Positions 19,617-40,600 of a stretch of 50,971 nt of DNA are shown here, piece after piece (position 1 is the first letter of the stretch; the number at the start of each line of letters is the position of its first letter). The position numbers were made by a program, and so were the translations under genes. The notes beneath the pieces are model-generated. The model was not told the origin of the DNA. It made no database searches and was given only the letters and a program-made list of their open reading frames with translations. Source of the stretch: Sulfurospirillum sp. (lineage in GTDB: Bacteria > Campylobacterota > Campylobacteria > Campylobacterales > Sulfurospirillaceae); assembly GCA_026987955.1 (NCBI GenBank), contig JALSME010000013.1:1-50971 (forward strand), read 5' to 3'.

Positions 19617-21695
19617 CTATCCGTTTCTCTTTTTTATAATCTCTTCTGCAACATTTTTAGGAACTTCTTCATAGTGATCAAATTCCATAGAATAAGAAGC
19701 ACGACCTTGAGTAGCACTTCTAAGATCAGTTGAGTAACCAAACATCTCTGAAAGAGGACAGAAAGCATTAACAATCTTATTACCACTTCTCTCTTCCATT
19801 GAACTGATTTGTCCTCTTCTTCTGTTAAGGTCACCAATAACATCACCCATAAAGTCTTCAGGAGTCTCTACTTCTACCTTCATCATAGGCTCAAGTATAA
19901 CTGCATCAGCTGCTCTAGCTCCAGCTTTGAAACCCATAGAAGCTGCAAGTTTAAATGCCATCTCAGATGAATCAACATCATGATAACTTCCATCATATAG
20001 AGTTACTTTAACATCTTCAACTGGATATCCTGCAAGAACACCACCAGCCATAGCCTCTTTACAACCCTTTTCAACAGCAGGTATAAATTCTCTTGGAACT
20101 GATCCACCCTTGATTGCATTTTCAAATTCAAAGCCAGTTCCAGGCTCAAGAGGCTCAAGTCTAAGGTAAACATGACCATATTGACCACGACCACCTGATT
20201 GCTTAGCATACTTGTACTCTTGCTCAACACTCTTCTTAATTGTTTCACGGTAGCTAACTTGTGGTTGTCCAACTTCAGCATCTACCTTAAACTCTCTAAG
20301 CATTCTATCAACTAGAATTTCAAGGTGAAGCTCGCCCATACCAGAGATAATTGTCTGTCCACTCTCATCATCAGTCTCAACTCTAAAAGATGGGTCTTCT
20401 TGAGCAAGTTTTTGTAAAGCAACACCCATTTTCTCTTGATCAGCTTTAGTTTTTGGCTCAACTGCAACAGAGATAACTGGATCTGGAAAGTCCATTCTTT
20501 CTAATATCACTTGATCTTTTTCACCCGCAAGTGTATCACCTGTAAGTGTATCTTTAAGACCAACAACAGCACCAATTTCACCAGCATAAAGTGTTTTTAT
20601 CTCTTCTCTTTTATTTGCATGCATTTTTAAAAGACGACCAACTCTCTCTTTTTTACCTTTTGATGTGTTATATGTATAACTTCCACTATCAAGTGTACCA
20701 CGGTAAACTCTAACAAATGCAAGCTGTCCAACAAATGGATCTGTCATAATTTTAAATGCTAGTGCAGCAAACTCACCATCATCTGTTGATTCTACAGAAG
20801 TCTCTGTTCCATCTTCATACTCACCCTTGATAGCAGCAACCTCAGTTGGAGCAGGCATATAATCAACAACAGCATCAAGCAGAGGCTGAACACCTTTGTT
20901 TTTAAATGCAGTTCCACAAAGCATAGGAATAAAAGTCATAGCATTACAACCAGCTTTAATACCAGCAGTAATCTCGTCATTGGTAAGCTCTTCACCATCT
21001 AAGAACTTTTCCATAAGAGCATCATCTGTTTCAGCTACCATCTCTACCATATGTTCTCTATACTTATTAGCTGTTTCAACTAAATCTGCAGGTATCTCTT
21101 GCTCTTCATAGTTAGAACCCATAGCAGCTTCATCTTCCCAAACTAGTGCTTTCATCTTTACAAGATCAACAACACCTTTAAAGTTCTCTTCAGCTCCAAT
21201 AGGAATCTGAATCGGAACAGGAACTGATTTTAGTCTACTAATAATCTGTTTTTCTACTTCATAAAAATCTGCACCAGTTCTGTCCATCTTGTTAACAAAA
21301 ACCATTCTAGGTACTTCATATCTTGTCGCTTGTCTCCAAACTGTTTCACTTTGAGGCTGAACTCCACCAACAGCACAGAAAACTGCGACAGCACCATCAA
21401 GAACACGCATAGAACGCTCAACTTCAATAGTAAAGTCAACGTGACCTGGTGTGTCAATGATATTTATCTGATGACCTTTCCACTCACATGTAGTAGCAGC
21501 AGAAGTAATAGTGATACCTCTCTCTTTCTCTTGCTCCATCCAATCCATAGTTGCAGCACCATCATGAACTTCACCAATCTTATGTGAAATACCAGTATAG
21601 AATAAAATTCTCTCTGTTGTAGTTGTTTTTCCTGCATCAATATGAGCAGCAATACCGATATTTCTAACTTTGTTTATAGGGTTACTTCTAGCCAT
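19617..21695 (-). CDS. fusA: elongation factor G
   Basis: [24 protein letters not shown]. Confidence 0.99.
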   Translation of the reverse strand: MARSNPINKVRNIGIAAHIDAGKTTTTERILFYTGISHKIGEVHDGAATMDWMEQEKERGITITSAATTCEWKGHQINIIDTPGHVDFTIEVERSMRVLDGAVAVFCAVGGVQPQSETVWRQATRYEVPRMVFVNKMDRTGADFYEVEKQIISRLKSVPVPIQIPIGAEENFKGVVDLVKMKALVWEDEAAMGSNYEEQEIPADLVETANKYREHMVEMVAETDDALMEKFLDGEELTNDEITAGIKAGCNAMTFIPMLCGTAFKNKGVQPLLDAVVDYMPAPTEVAAIKGEYEDGTETSVESTDDGEFAALAFKIMTDPFVGQLAFVRVYRGTLDSGSYTYNTSKGKKERVGRLLKMHANKREEIKTLYAGEIGAVVGLKDTLTGDTLAGEKDQVILERMDFPDPVISVAVEPKTKADQEKMGVALQKLAQEDPSFRVETDDESGQTIISGMGELHLEILVDRMLREFKVDAEVGQPQVSYRETIKKSVEQEYKYAKQSGGRGQYGHVYLRLEPLEPGTGFEFENAIKGGSVPREFIPAVEKGCKEAMAGGVLAGYPVEDVKVTLYDGSYHDVDSSEMAFKLAASMGFKAGARAADAVILEPMMKVEVETPEDFMGDVIGDLNRRRGQISSMEERSGNKIVNAFCPLSEMFGYSTDLRSATQGRASYSMEFDHYEEVPKNVAEEIIKKRNG

Positions 21696-21707
21696 AATAT
21701 TTCCTTA

Positions 21708-22181
<474 letters not shown>

Positions 22182-22256
22182 TTATAAAAATCCTTCAAAT
22201 TTTTAAATTTTACTCAAATACTACCAAAACAAGGGTAGCACCTGTTTTAGCAATTA

Positions 22257-22628
22257 CTATTTAGGTCTCTTAGTACCGTATTTACTTCTTGCAACTGTTC
22301 TTCCTGCAACACCAGCAGTATCAAGTGCACCACGAACAATGTGATACTTAACACCAGGTAAATCTTTGATTCTACCACCACGAACTAGAACAATTGAGTG
22401 CTCTTGTAAGTTGTGACCTTCACCACCGATATAACTGATTACTTCAAATCCACTAGTCAATCTAACTTTTGCAACTTTTCTTAAAGCTGAGTTAGGTTTT
22501 TTTGGAGTTGTAGTATAAACTCTAGTACAAACACCTCTTCTTTGAGGACACTTATCAAGTGCTGGTGATTTTGACTTTTTGATCACCTTTTTTCTGTTTT
22601 TTCTTACCAATTGGTTGATAGTTGGCAC
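22257..22628 (-). CDS. rpsL: 30S ribosomal protein S12
   Basis: [24 protein letters not shown]. Confidence 0.99.
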   Translation of the reverse strand: MPTINQLVRKNRKKVIKKSKSPALDKCPQRRGVCTRVYTTTPKKPNSALRKVAKVRLTSGFEVISYIGGEGHNLQEHSIVLVRGGRIKDLPGVKYHIVRGALDTAGVAGRTVARSKYGTKRPK

Positions 22629-22678
22629 GATTTTTCCTTTAATTCATTTTATCTAAAAGCCTAAACTAGGCTTAGTTC

Positions 22679-22706
22679 CTCTACATGTAAAGCTCTACAT
22701 GTAAAC
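22679..22706. repeat. two tandem copies of the CTCTACATGTAGAG-type palindrome
   Basis: ctctacatgtaaag ctctacatgtaaac back to back upstream of rpsL. Confidence 0.85.
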
Positions 22707-22791
22707 CTAAAATACCGACTCTCTAAAAGCTACCTTAAAAAGATAGTTTTAAAAGAACCGGTATTTTACTTAAATTTTGCTTAAAATCAAA

Positions 22792-31478
<8,687 letters not shown>

Positions 31479-31561
31479 TTACGAAGTTGTTTAAAGGGAA
31501 AGTATTTTTGCTACTATAACAAGTAGCTTTAATCACGACATTGTCTTTATTACGTTTTATT

Positions 31562-31583
31562 AAGGGGAGAACTAGCTCCCCTT
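31562..31583 (-). terminator. hairpin (terminator/attenuator) between rplL and rpoB
   Basis: AAGGGGAG-aactag-CTCCCCTT. Confidence 0.55.
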
Positions 31584-31600
31584 GATTGCAAGTTTTAAAA

Positions 31601-31972
31601 CTACTTGAGTTCAGCTTTTGCACCAGCTTCTTCAATCTGCTTAAGAACTGCTTCTGCATCTTCCTTAGAGATTCCTTCTTTAAGAACTGTTGGAACGCCT
31701 TCAACTGCTTCTTTTGCTTCTTTAAGTCCAAGACCTGTAATAGCACGAACAGCTTTAATAGCATTAATTTTCTTTGCACCAGCTTCAACAAGAACTACAT
31801 CAAATTCTGTCTTCTCTTCAGCTGCGCTACCAGCATCACCTACAGCACCAGCCATCATAACTGGAGCAGCTGATACACCAAACTTCTCTTCAAATTCTTT
31901 TACTAATTCACTTAACTCAAGTACACTTAAACCTGAGATATATTCTAATACATCTTCTTTAGAAATTGCCAT
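31601..31972 (-). CDS. rplL: 50S ribosomal protein L7/L12
   Basis: [24 protein letters not shown]. Confidence 0.99.
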   Translation of the reverse strand: MAISKEDVLEYISGLSVLELSELVKEFEEKFGVSAAPVMMAGAVGDAGSAAEEKTEFDVVLVEAGAKKINAIKAVRAITGLGLKEAKEAVEGVPTVLKEGISKEDAEAVLKQIEEAGAKAELK

Positions 31973-32135
31973 TTTATATCCTATATATTTTATTTCTTCT
32001 TTTACCCGAACAAGTCCAAGTAAAATTCATATCATCTAAAGCTACGGCTAATGCCGAGAAAATCGCTCTACATGTAGAGGTTTTCTGCTTACCTAAAATT
32101 TTATAGTCTATCTATTTCTTTAAATAATAAAGAAA

Positions 32136-32621
32136 TTATGCAGACTCTTCTTCTTTTTTAGCTCTAAGAGCATCAAGACCAATTGTAAAGTTTGTAACTG
32201 GAGCCATCCAAGTTTGAAGTAACATTCCAATAAGCTCATCACGAGATGGCATTTTAGAAAGTGCTTCTACTTTAGCAGCATCAGAAATTTCACCTGCTAT
32301 CATTGCTGTTTTAATAACAAATTCTTTGTTATCTTTAGCAAATTTAGCAGCAACCTTTACAACATCTAACTGATCTTTACCCCAAACAAAAATGTTTGTA
32401 TCTTTAAGTTCAATTCCTTCTATTTCTGCATTTTTCATAGAAATTGCAGCAAGTGAGTTTTTAATAACTCTAACTTTTACATCTACTTCAGTTGCAGCAA
32501 TTCTAAGCTCTTCAATAGCTGGACAATCAAGCCCTTTAAAATCACAAACAACTAATGCGTCGGAAGCTTTGAATTCTTCAGTTATAATGCCAACGATTTC
32601 TTCTTTTCTATTTCTTGTCAA
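32136..32621 (-). CDS. rplJ: 50S ribosomal protein L10 (TTG start)
   Basis: position between rplA and rplL, VIKNSL, LSKMPSRDEL; AAAGGAG RBS before TTG at 32621. Confidence 0.95.
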   Translation of the reverse strand: MTRNRKEEIVGIITEEFKASDALVVCDFKGLDCPAIEELRIAATEVDVKVRVIKNSLAAISMKNAEIEGIELKDTNIFVWGKDQLDVVKVAAKFAKDNKEFVIKTAMIAGEISDAAKVEALSKMPSRDELIGMLLQTWMAPVTNFTIGLDALRAKKEEESA

Positions 32622-32634
32622 TTTTTTCTCCTTT

Positions 32635-32740
32635 CCGACCGGTGATTTCAAGCGGAGTTGAGATAAATCCCATTTTAAGCCTTTCGACCTCAGCTATCTC
32701 CAATCAAGATTTAGCCTCTTTAAATTAAGAAAGAGGCAAT
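32635..32740 (-). promoter_or_regulatory. probable L10 leader (autoregulatory RNA)
   Basis: structured rplA-rplJ spacer with hairpin at 32714-32737; expected position. Confidence 0.55.
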
Positions 32741-32749
32741 TTTATTTTG

Positions 32750-33454
32750 TTATTTTAAGTCTATTAACTCTTGATTATCCATATTTACAGATGGACTCAT
32801 AGTCAATGAAAGTGCAGCAGTTTTTATGTACTTACCTTTTGCCGAAGCAGGCTTCAATTTATTGATTGCTCTTATAAAAGTATAGAAGTTTTCACTTAAA
32901 CTAGCTTCATCAAAACTCACTTTTCCAATACCAGCATGGATATTCCCTTGCTTATCAACACGGAAGTTTACCTGTCCACCCTTATTGTTTTCAACTGCTT
33001 TTGTTACATCCATTGTAACAGTACCAGTTTTAGGGTTAGGCATAATACCTTTTGGTCCTAATATACGACCAACTTTTCCAACAAGTCCCATCATATTTGG
33101 TGTTGCTATTAAAACATCAAAATCAATCTTTCCAGCTTGAATATCAGCTATCAAGTCGTCTGAACCAACTATATCAGCTCCAGCTGCTTTTGCTTCATCA
33201 GCTTTTGCATCTTTAGCTATAACTGCTACTCTAACTGACTTACCAGTTCCAGCAGGAAGAATAACTGAACCACGAACCATCTGATCAGCATGTCTAGGAT
33301 CGACATTTAACTTTAATGCTATCTCAACTGTTTCATCAAACTTAGCAGATGCTAAAGATTTAACTATTGATAGTGCTTCTGTTGCAGAATACTTTTTTTC
33401 TGCATCTACTTTTTTCAGTAATTCCTGAAATCTTTTTGTTACTTTTTTTGCCAT
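32750..33454 (-). CDS. rplA: 50S ribosomal protein L1 (start MAKKVT)
   Basis: [23 protein letters not shown]. Confidence 0.99.
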   Translation of the reverse strand: MAKKVTKRFQELLKKVDAEKKYSATEALSIVKSLASAKFDETVEIALKLNVDPRHADQMVRGSVILPAGTGKSVRVAVIAKDAKADEAKAAGADIVGSDDLIADIQAGKIDFDVLIATPNMMGLVGKVGRILGPKGIMPNPKTGTVTMDVTKAVENNKGGQVNFRVDKQGNIHAGIGKVSFDEASLSENFYTFIRAINKLKPASAKGKYIKTAALSLTMSPSVNMDNQELIDLK

Positions 33455-33512
33455 TATTATATCTCCACGCAATTTTGCTTCCGCTTATTACCCTAAGCGG
33501 TTAAGGGAAAAA

Positions 33513-33938
33513 TTAATCTACTATTTCAACGCCCATACTTCTTGCTGATCCCTCAATAATCTTAGCTGCTTGCTCACGATCATTTGTATTAAGGTCTGCA
33601 ATCTTTTGTTCTACTACTTCAAGAACTTGTGCTTTAGTAAGCTTTCCAACTTTATTTTTAAGTGGATTATCTGTTCCTTTTTTAATACCAGCTGCTTTCA
33701 TAATAAGATCTGCTGCTGGTGGTTGTTTTGTAATAAAAGTAAAACTTCTATCAGCATAAACAGTGATAACAACTGGGATATTATAACCCATCTTATCTTT
33801 TGTTTTTTCGTTAAATGCTTTACAAAATTCCATAATATTAACACCCTGTTGTCCAAGAGCTGGACCAACTGGAGGTGATGGATTTGCTTTGCCGGCAGCG
33901 ATTTGTAATTTTATCTCGCCTGTTATTTTCTTTGCCAT
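33513..33938 (-). CDS. rplK: 50S ribosomal protein L11
   Basis: [23 protein letters not shown]. Confidence 0.99.
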   Translation of the reverse strand: MAKKITGEIKLQIAAGKANPSPPVGPALGQQGVNIMEFCKAFNEKTKDKMGYNIPVVITVYADRSFTFITKQPPAADLIMKAAGIKKGTDNPLKNKVGKLTKAQVLEVVEQKIADLNTNDREQAAKIIEGSARSMGVEIVD

Positions 33939-33949
33939 TTAAATGTCCT

Positions 33950-34480
33950 TTAAACTATTTTTTCAACTTGAGTGTAGAGAATCTCTACTGGTGTACTTCT
34001 ACCAAATATTAAAACATTAAGCTTTAACTTACCGTGTTCCATATCATACTCTTCAACTGCACCAGTAAAGTTAGCAAACGGACCTTCTGTGATTCGTACG
34101 CTCTCTCCTGTTTCAAAGAAGATTTTAGGCTTAGGTGCACCTTTTTTCTCTGCTTTTTCTAAAATAACCTGAATATCTTTTTCTGTTAAAGGAGTAGGCT
34201 TCTTAGACTCTCCAATAAAACGACCAACTTTAGGCAGAGACTGAATCATATGCCAAAGTCTAGTATCTAGATCTAAACATGCAAATGCATATCCAGGATA
34301 TAGAGTTCTTTCAGTTATTTTTTTCTTTCCATTTTTAACTTCAATAACATCCTCAGTAGGGACTATTATCTCTTTAAGTTTATCTTCAATTGAGTTATTT
34401 ACAACAATCTCTTCAATTGCTCTTTTAACTGCTAATTCACTTCCAGAATAAGTCTGGATTGCATACCACTTGTGATCCAT
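33950..34480 (-). CDS. nusG: transcription factor NusG
   Basis: KWYAIQTYSG, YPGY, KOW motif GPFANFTG, IFGRSTPVE. Confidence 0.98.
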   Translation of the reverse strand: MDHKWYAIQTYSGSELAVKRAIEEIVVNNSIEDKLKEIIVPTEDVIEVKNGKKKITERTLYPGYAFACLDLDTRLWHMIQSLPKVGRFIGESKKPTPLTEKDIQVILEKAEKKGAPKPKIFFETGESVRITEGPFANFTGAVEEYDMEHGKLKLNVLIFGRSTPVEILYTQVEKIV

Positions 34481-34490
34481 AGTCCTCAAC

Positions 34491-34670
34491 CTACATCAAT
34501 GCTGATAGAGATGATGACATGATTAAATCAATCAATGCTAAGAAAAGTGATACAACAGTAACAACTATAAAGACAGATATGAAAGCATTTCTAATCTGCT
34601 CTTTAATAGGGAAGATAACTTTAGATAGCTCAACTTTTGAATGATTGTAATAAGTTACCAATTTTTCCAT
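34491..34670 (-). CDS. secE: preprotein translocase SecE (59 aa, not in ORF track)
   Basis: manual translation MEKLVTYYNHSKVELSKVIFPIKEQIRNAF... with one TM helix; between tRNA-Trp and nusG. Confidence 0.93.
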   Translation of the reverse strand: MEKLVTYYNHSKVELSKVIFPIKEQIRNAFISVFIVVTVVSLFLALIDLIMSSSLSALM

Positions 34671-34685
34671 TTATATACCTTTTAG

Positions 34686-34762
34686 TGGCAGGGCAGGAGG
34701 GATTCGAACCCACAACCTACGGTTTTGGAGACCGTAGCTCTACCAATTGGAGCTACTGCCCT
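34686..34762 (-). tRNA. tRNA-Trp(CCA)
   Basis: cloverleaf, anticodon loop CTCCAAA, encoded CCA end. Confidence 0.96.
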
Positions 34763-34795
34763 ACATCTATTATCTCCCTCCGAAGAGGGATATAA

Positions 34796-34954
34796 TTAAC
34801 TTTTAAGTTTCACTTCTTTGTGAACTGTGTGCTTTTTTAATCTTGGACAATACTTCTTAGCTTCAAACTTTTCAGTATATGTCTTAGAGTTTTTTGTTGT
34901 TGTGTAGTTTATATCTCCACACTCAACGCACTTTAATCCTATTTTAATAGTCAT
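34796..34954 (-). CDS. rpmG: 50S ribosomal protein L33 (52 aa, not in ORF track)
   Basis: manual translation [22 protein letters not shown]...[20 protein letters not shown]. Confidence 0.96.
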   Translation of the reverse strand: MTIKIGLKCVECGDINYTTTKNSKTYTEKFEAKKYCPRLKKHTVHKEVKLKS

Positions 34955-34969
34955 CTAAATTGCCTTTAA

Positions 34970-34997
34970 AAACAGAGAAGATAACTCTTCTCTGTTT
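34970..34997 (-). terminator. hairpin after tuf
   Basis: AAACAGAGAAGA-taac-TCTTCTCTGTTT. Confidence 0.7.
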
Positions 34998-35010
34998 GGT
35001 TTTTCTTTAA

Positions 35011-36210
35011 TTACTTTTCGATTGATGCAACAACACCAGCACCAACAGTTCTACCACCCTCACGGATTGCAAATCTAGTACCTACTTCCATAGCGATAGG
35101 AGCAATAAGCTCTACGTTAATCTTAACATTATCACCAGGCATAACCATCTCAGTTCCCTCAGGAAGTGTGATTGAACCTGTAACATCTGTTGTTCTTACA
35201 TAAAATTGTGGTCTATAGTTGTTAAAGAATGGAGTATGTCTTCCACCTTCATCTTTACTTAGAACATAAATCTCAGCTGTAAATTGTGTATGTGGAGTAA
35301 TTGAGCCTGGCTTACAAAGAACCATACCTCTTTCAACATCTTCTTTCTTAGTTCCTCTAAGAAGAACACCACAGTTATCACCAGCTTCACCTTGATCCAT
35401 CTCTTTACGGAACATCTCAACACCAGTAACAGTTGTAGTTTGAGTATCTTTGATTCCAACTATTTCGATAGTCTCACCAACTTTTACAATTCCTCTTTCG
35501 ATACGACCTGTAACAACAGTACCACGACCTGAAATTGAGAATACATCTTCAACAGGCATTAAGAAATCTTTATCAGTCTCTCTTACTGGCTCAGGAATAT
35601 AAGCATCTACTTCAGCCATAAGAGCCATTATCTTCTCTCCCCACTCTCCAACATTGCCAGATTTAGCTTCTTCTAGAGCTTTTAATGCAGATCCAGCAAC
35701 GATAGGAATATCATCTCCTGGGAAGTCATACTCAGAAAGTAATTCTCTAATTTCCATTTCTACTAGTTCAAGTAGCTCTTCATCATCAACCATATCAGCT
35801 TTATTCATGAAAACAACGATATATGGAACACCGACTTGGCGAGATAGAAGAATATGCTCTCTAGTTTGAGGCATAGGACCATCAGCTGCAGAAACAACAA
35901 GAATAGCACCATCCATTTGAGCAGCACCAGTAATCATGTTCTTTACATAATCCGCGTGACCTGGACAGTCAACGTGAGCGTAGTGACGACCTTCAGTTTC
36001 ATACTCTATGTGAGAAGTAGCAATTGTAATTCCTCTTTCTCTCTCTTCAGGAGCATTATCAATACCATCAAAATCTTTAAAGTCTGCAAGACCCTTGCTT
36101 GCTAGAACTGCAGAGATTGCAGCAGTAAGTGTAGTTTTACCATGATCAACGTGACCAATAGTACCTATGTTAACGTGTGGTTTAGTTCTTTCGAATTTTT
36201 CCTTAGCCAT
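35011..36210 (-). CDS. tuf: elongation factor Tu
   Basis: [21 protein letters not shown]. Confidence 0.99.
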   Translation of the reverse strand: MAKEKFERTKPHVNIGTIGHVDHGKTTLTAAISAVLASKGLADFKDFDGIDNAPEERERGITIATSHIEYETEGRHYAHVDCPGHADYVKNMITGAAQMDGAILVVSAADGPMPQTREHILLSRQVGVPYIVVFMNKADMVDDEELLELVEMEIRELLSEYDFPGDDIPIVAGSALKALEEAKSGNVGEWGEKIMALMAEVDAYIPEPVRETDKDFLMPVEDVFSISGRGTVVTGRIERGIVKVGETIEIVGIKDTQTTTVTGVEMFRKEMDQGEAGDNCGVLLRGTKKEDVERGMVLCKPGSITPHTQFTAEIYVLSKDEGGRHTPFFNNYRPQFYVRTTDVTGSITLPEGTEMVMPGDNVKINVELIAPIAMEVGTRFAIREGGRTVGAGVVASIEK

Positions 36211-36287
36211 TTCTTCCTCCGTATGAAGTTTTTTACATTTTTAAATAAAGCTATGATTTTCACCTAGCCTAATGTTTTCTAATTTTA

Positions 36288-36362
<75 letters not shown>

Positions 36363-36506
36363 AATTAACAATTTTTATATTAATAGCACTATATAGCTGC
36401 AACAATAATAACAGGTGATTTATAGGTTTAGAGAAGAGTCTACTGAACTGATTCTGTAGTAAATATAAGCAGAAAAAATTCAACAGCTCCCAGCTAAATA
36501 AAATCA

Positions 36507-36582
<76 letters not shown>

Positions 36583-36587
36583 AATAA

Positions 36588-36672
<85 letters not shown>

Positions 36673-36737
36673 ATTAACACTAAAACTTGATTTATCCCTG
36701 GTCAAACACTGTCATTTGACGCACAAAAACAACAAAA

Positions 36738-36813
36738 TGGTGCTGGATACCCGAATCGAACAGGTGACCTACTGCTTACAAGGCAGTTGCTCTACCGGCT
36801 GAGCTAATCCAGC
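36738..36813 (-). tRNA. tRNA-Thr(TGT)
   Basis: anticodon loop CTTGTAA, CCA end. Confidence 0.96.
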
Positions 36814-36835
36814 AACCGTGAGTTTGTGAGGTGAA

Positions 36836-36864
36836 ATTATAGCTCAAAAGCTTTTGAATGTCAA
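36836..36864 (-). promoter_or_regulatory. consensus sigma70 promoter of the tRNA-tuf operon
   Basis: TTGACA-17 bp-TATAAT on the minus strand. Confidence 0.9.
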
Positions 36865-36923
36865 TGGTTTTTTTATATTTTTTAGTTACAATATAAAAAA
36901 AATATCTATTTTAAGGAATTACC

Positions 36924-37676
36924 ATGAAGATACTATTCTCTCCAAGTGAAGCAAAGTCCGATTTTTCAGACTTTAAAGCTATAAATAAAAATTCTATGCT
37001 TTTTCCTGAACTTTTTGAAAAAAGATTATATGTTATTAATAAATTAAACTTTTTTTTAAAAAATAGTAAGCATGCTAATATCACAAAATTCTTTGGAATA
37101 AAAGATGAGGAAGAGTTAAAAAAACTTGCATCACTTGATCTTTTAGATGCACCTACCTGTAAAGCTATATATAGGTACACAGGAGTTGCCTACAAATACC
37201 TTGATTTTCATAGTTTAGACTCAATTCAAAAAGATTGGCTTGAAAAAAACACAATAATATTTTCAAATCTTTTTGGACCACTTCTAGCAAAAGACTATAT
37301 ACCATATTATCGTTTTAAGCAAGCCTCATCGCTAGAAGGTTTTAAGCCAGAAATTTATTATAAAGAAAATTTTTCCGATAGACTTGATGATTTTATTGAC
37401 TCAGAGCTAGTTATAGACCTTAGGGCTGGTTTTTATGAAAAATTCTATAAGCTAACATCTAAACATATAACTATGAAATTTATTAAAAATGGTAAAGTAG
37501 TCAGCCACTGGGCAAAAGCATACAGAGGTTTAGTATTAAGAGAGTTAGCAAAACAGCAACCAAGTACTATTGAAGAATTTGATATGATTGATTTTAAAGG
37601 TCTACATGTAAAAGAGATTATAGATAAAAAATCTAGAAGAGAGTATATATTTGATATCGTACAAGACAAAGAGTAG
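36924..37676 (+). CDS. yaaA: YaaA/DUF328 family protein
   Basis: ILFSPSEAK, AIYRYTGVAY, SNLFG, SHWAKAYRG. Confidence 0.88.
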   Translation: MKILFSPSEAKSDFSDFKAINKNSMLFPELFEKRLYVINKLNFFLKNSKHANITKFFGIKDEEELKKLASLDLLDAPTCKAIYRYTGVAYKYLDFHSLDSIQKDWLEKNTIIFSNLFGPLLAKDYIPYYRFKQASSLEGFKPEIYYKENFSDRLDDFIDSELVIDLRAGFYEKFYKLTSKHITMKFIKNGKVVSHWAKAYRGLVLRELAKQQPSTIEEFDMIDFKGLHVKEIIDKKSRREYIFDIVQDKE

Positions 37677-37690
37677 TACTCTTTGTCTTG
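37662..37690. terminator. probable bidirectional terminator between yaaA and putA
   Basis: CAAGACAAAGAGTA-g-TACTCTTTGTCTTG inverted repeat. Confidence 0.7.
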
Positions 37691-37697
37691 GTTATGA

Positions 37698-40600
37698 CTA
37701 ATCTTCTTCTAGAGCTCTAACACCTAAGTTTCCATACCTATGATATGAGTGAGATATGCTTTGCTCCTCAAAGTAATTTAAAAGCTCTAACCTTCCCTCC
37801 ATCATAGGTTTGGCTCTAACTATAAACTTTGCAAGCTTTGCAGCCTCTTTAAATACCTTCTTGCTTACTTTTGATATATCAGAGTATATAAGTCTATCTA
37901 CTTTTTTAAAGCATTTTACAAACTCATCTTCACTCTCTCTAACAATATTATCAGTGATATTTAAAAGCTTATCTTTATTTTCATAAAGAAAAAGTACAAC
38001 ATTGTTTTCTAATGTAGCATCTATGCTTATGTGTAAAGATACGCCACTAACTTTTGCAGCTATGATTCTGCTCATAACTTCAAAAAGGTTATCACTCTTT
38101 GTTACACGAATTGCAACTCTTTCTAAAGGAATATAACGAAATACATTATCTTCACCACGAAGCTTAAAGTAATCGTGTTCTTTGTCAAATTCCTCTTTAA
38201 AATTTTTCAAATAACTTTGAAGTGCAACACTAAGCTTTGAAATATCTTCTCTAAAATCCTTATGTATTCCTTTTTCTGTCTGCTTACTCCAATCTTTTAC
38301 TATATCAACTAATGGATGAAAATATACTTTGTCAATCTTTGGCGCAGCAATCTCTTCAAAATCCATAAACTGGGTAACATAGCTATATGCTCCCGCTTTT
38401 CTTCCTGCACCTATAGCAGATTTACCCATACCTCCAAATGGTTGACGAAGAACTATTGCTCCAGTTGTACCACGATTTATATATAGATTACCTGCTTTTA
38501 AATGTTCTCTCCAGTAGTCCGTTTCTCTCGCATCAAGTGACTCAATTCCTGATGTTAATCCATATCCTGTTTTATTTACAAGTTCAATCGCATGTTTTAA
38601 ATCTTTTGCACACATTACTGATAATAGTGGTCCAAAAAGCTCATTCATATGACAAAAACTTCCATCTTTTACACCCCACTTAATAGCTGGTTTCATCATA
38701 TATTCATTTTCTTCAGCATATGTAGGCTTTAGTAGCCACTCTTCTCCAGACTCAAGAGTGTTAATTGCTTTTTTTAGATTTCCCTCTACTTTGTTTGCCA
38801 AAGTTCCTATTCTATTTACATAGTTCCAAACTGATCCTACCTCTAGGCTTTGTGCTGCATCTTTAAGAGCTGATTTAAATCCTTCATCATTATAAACTTC
38901 TTCTTCAAGAACCAATAGTGATGTAGCTGAACATTTTTGTCCACTATTATTGAATGCTGATGCTACCACATTTTTTATCGCCTGCTCACGATCAGCCATA
39001 GCTGTTACAATTGTTGCATCTTTCCCACCAGTTTCAGCCGTTAGATATAAGTCTGGTCTTGACTTTAACATAGCATATGCTGTATCTTCTCCACCTGTTA
39101 ATATAACAAAATCAACTTTTGGATTATCAATAAGGTGTTTACCTGCAAGAGATCCTGGTGCTGGGCAAAATTGAAGTACATTTTTACTAATTCCTGCATC
39201 CCAATAGCATTTACAAAGCTCATAAGCACAAAGAGCAGCAACTGAGGCTGGCTTTACTATGACTGTATTACCAGCCGCAAGTGCAGCTGTAATGCCACCA
39301 ACAGGAATAGCAATAGGAAAATTCCAAGGAGGAGTAATAACACCAACACCACGACCCTTAAACTTTAAATTTTCAAAACTATTAAAGTACTCAGCACTAT
39401 GTCCATAAAACTCCAAAAAGTCTATAGCCTCACTAACTTCTACATCTGTCTCAGTAATTACCTTTCCAACCTCAGCAGATGCAACACCTATTAAGTCCAA
39501 TCTCTTTTTTCTTACTTCATTTGCAACTTTACAGAGCATCTCATGTCTATACTCATGGGTTGCACTTCTCCATCCATCTGGATCATTTGCAGCAATTTCA
39601 ACTGCATGTTCTAAATCTTCAGCACTAGGAATTGTATATCTACCACATACTACACCATCTTTTAGTTGGGATTTATCTAAAACATCTTTTACTTCCCTCT
39701 CGCTTATAAGCTCTTCTCCTCCAACTACAACAGGTACAGTGGTAACCTCATCATCTTTTTTCTTCATCCACTTTGTGCGTATATTCTTTGCCCACTGTTT
39801 ATTTGGTGGTAGTATAAAATCGGTATCAGGTTCTCCATGATACTCTTTAGTATAAAAGCTACCTCCCTTGTAATTATCCCAATTTTCACTTAGTCTATCT
39901 TGTGTTCTTTTAGCTCCTATAAAAAGATTTTTTTTATTTTCAAAAGAGTCGATAAACTTCTGCTTCAACATCTCCCAATCACCACTGCCAGCCTCTAGTC
40001 CAAAAGAGTATCTTATAAAATTTTCTTTCCCTGTATTTTCATCAAATCTTCTTACAAGATAAGCTATAGCATTTGTAAACTGCTCCTTTTTTGCAGCTGG
40101 ACCATATAGAATAACCTCGCCACTAAGCTCTTTGATAGCAACTCGGGCAGACTCACTCATGCCTTCAAGCATCTCCATAGAAAAATGCTCCATTACGCCA
40201 TTTTCTTTCGCAGTTTCATATCCATATGCTAGTTCAAAAAGATTGTGAGATGCAACACCTAAGTTTACAAAAGGAGCATTTTCAGGCTTTAATGCGTACT
40301 CAAGCATAACTTTGTAATTACTATCTGTATCTATTTTTTTTGTATATGGGCAAGTAACCCAATGCTTTAGTTCTGCTTCTGTCTGCTCCATCTCCATATT
40401 TGCACCCTTGACAAGGCGAATTTTTATAGGTGCACCACCATTTTTTACTCTATTTTTAGCCCAATCTGTAAGCTTTACTTGCCATAAATGAGAATCAGGA
40501 AGATATGCTTGAAGTACAATACCTGCTTTAAAATCTTTAAATTCAGGCTTATCAAGTACTCTTTTAAATGTTTCAACTGTTAGTGAAAGATCTCTATACT

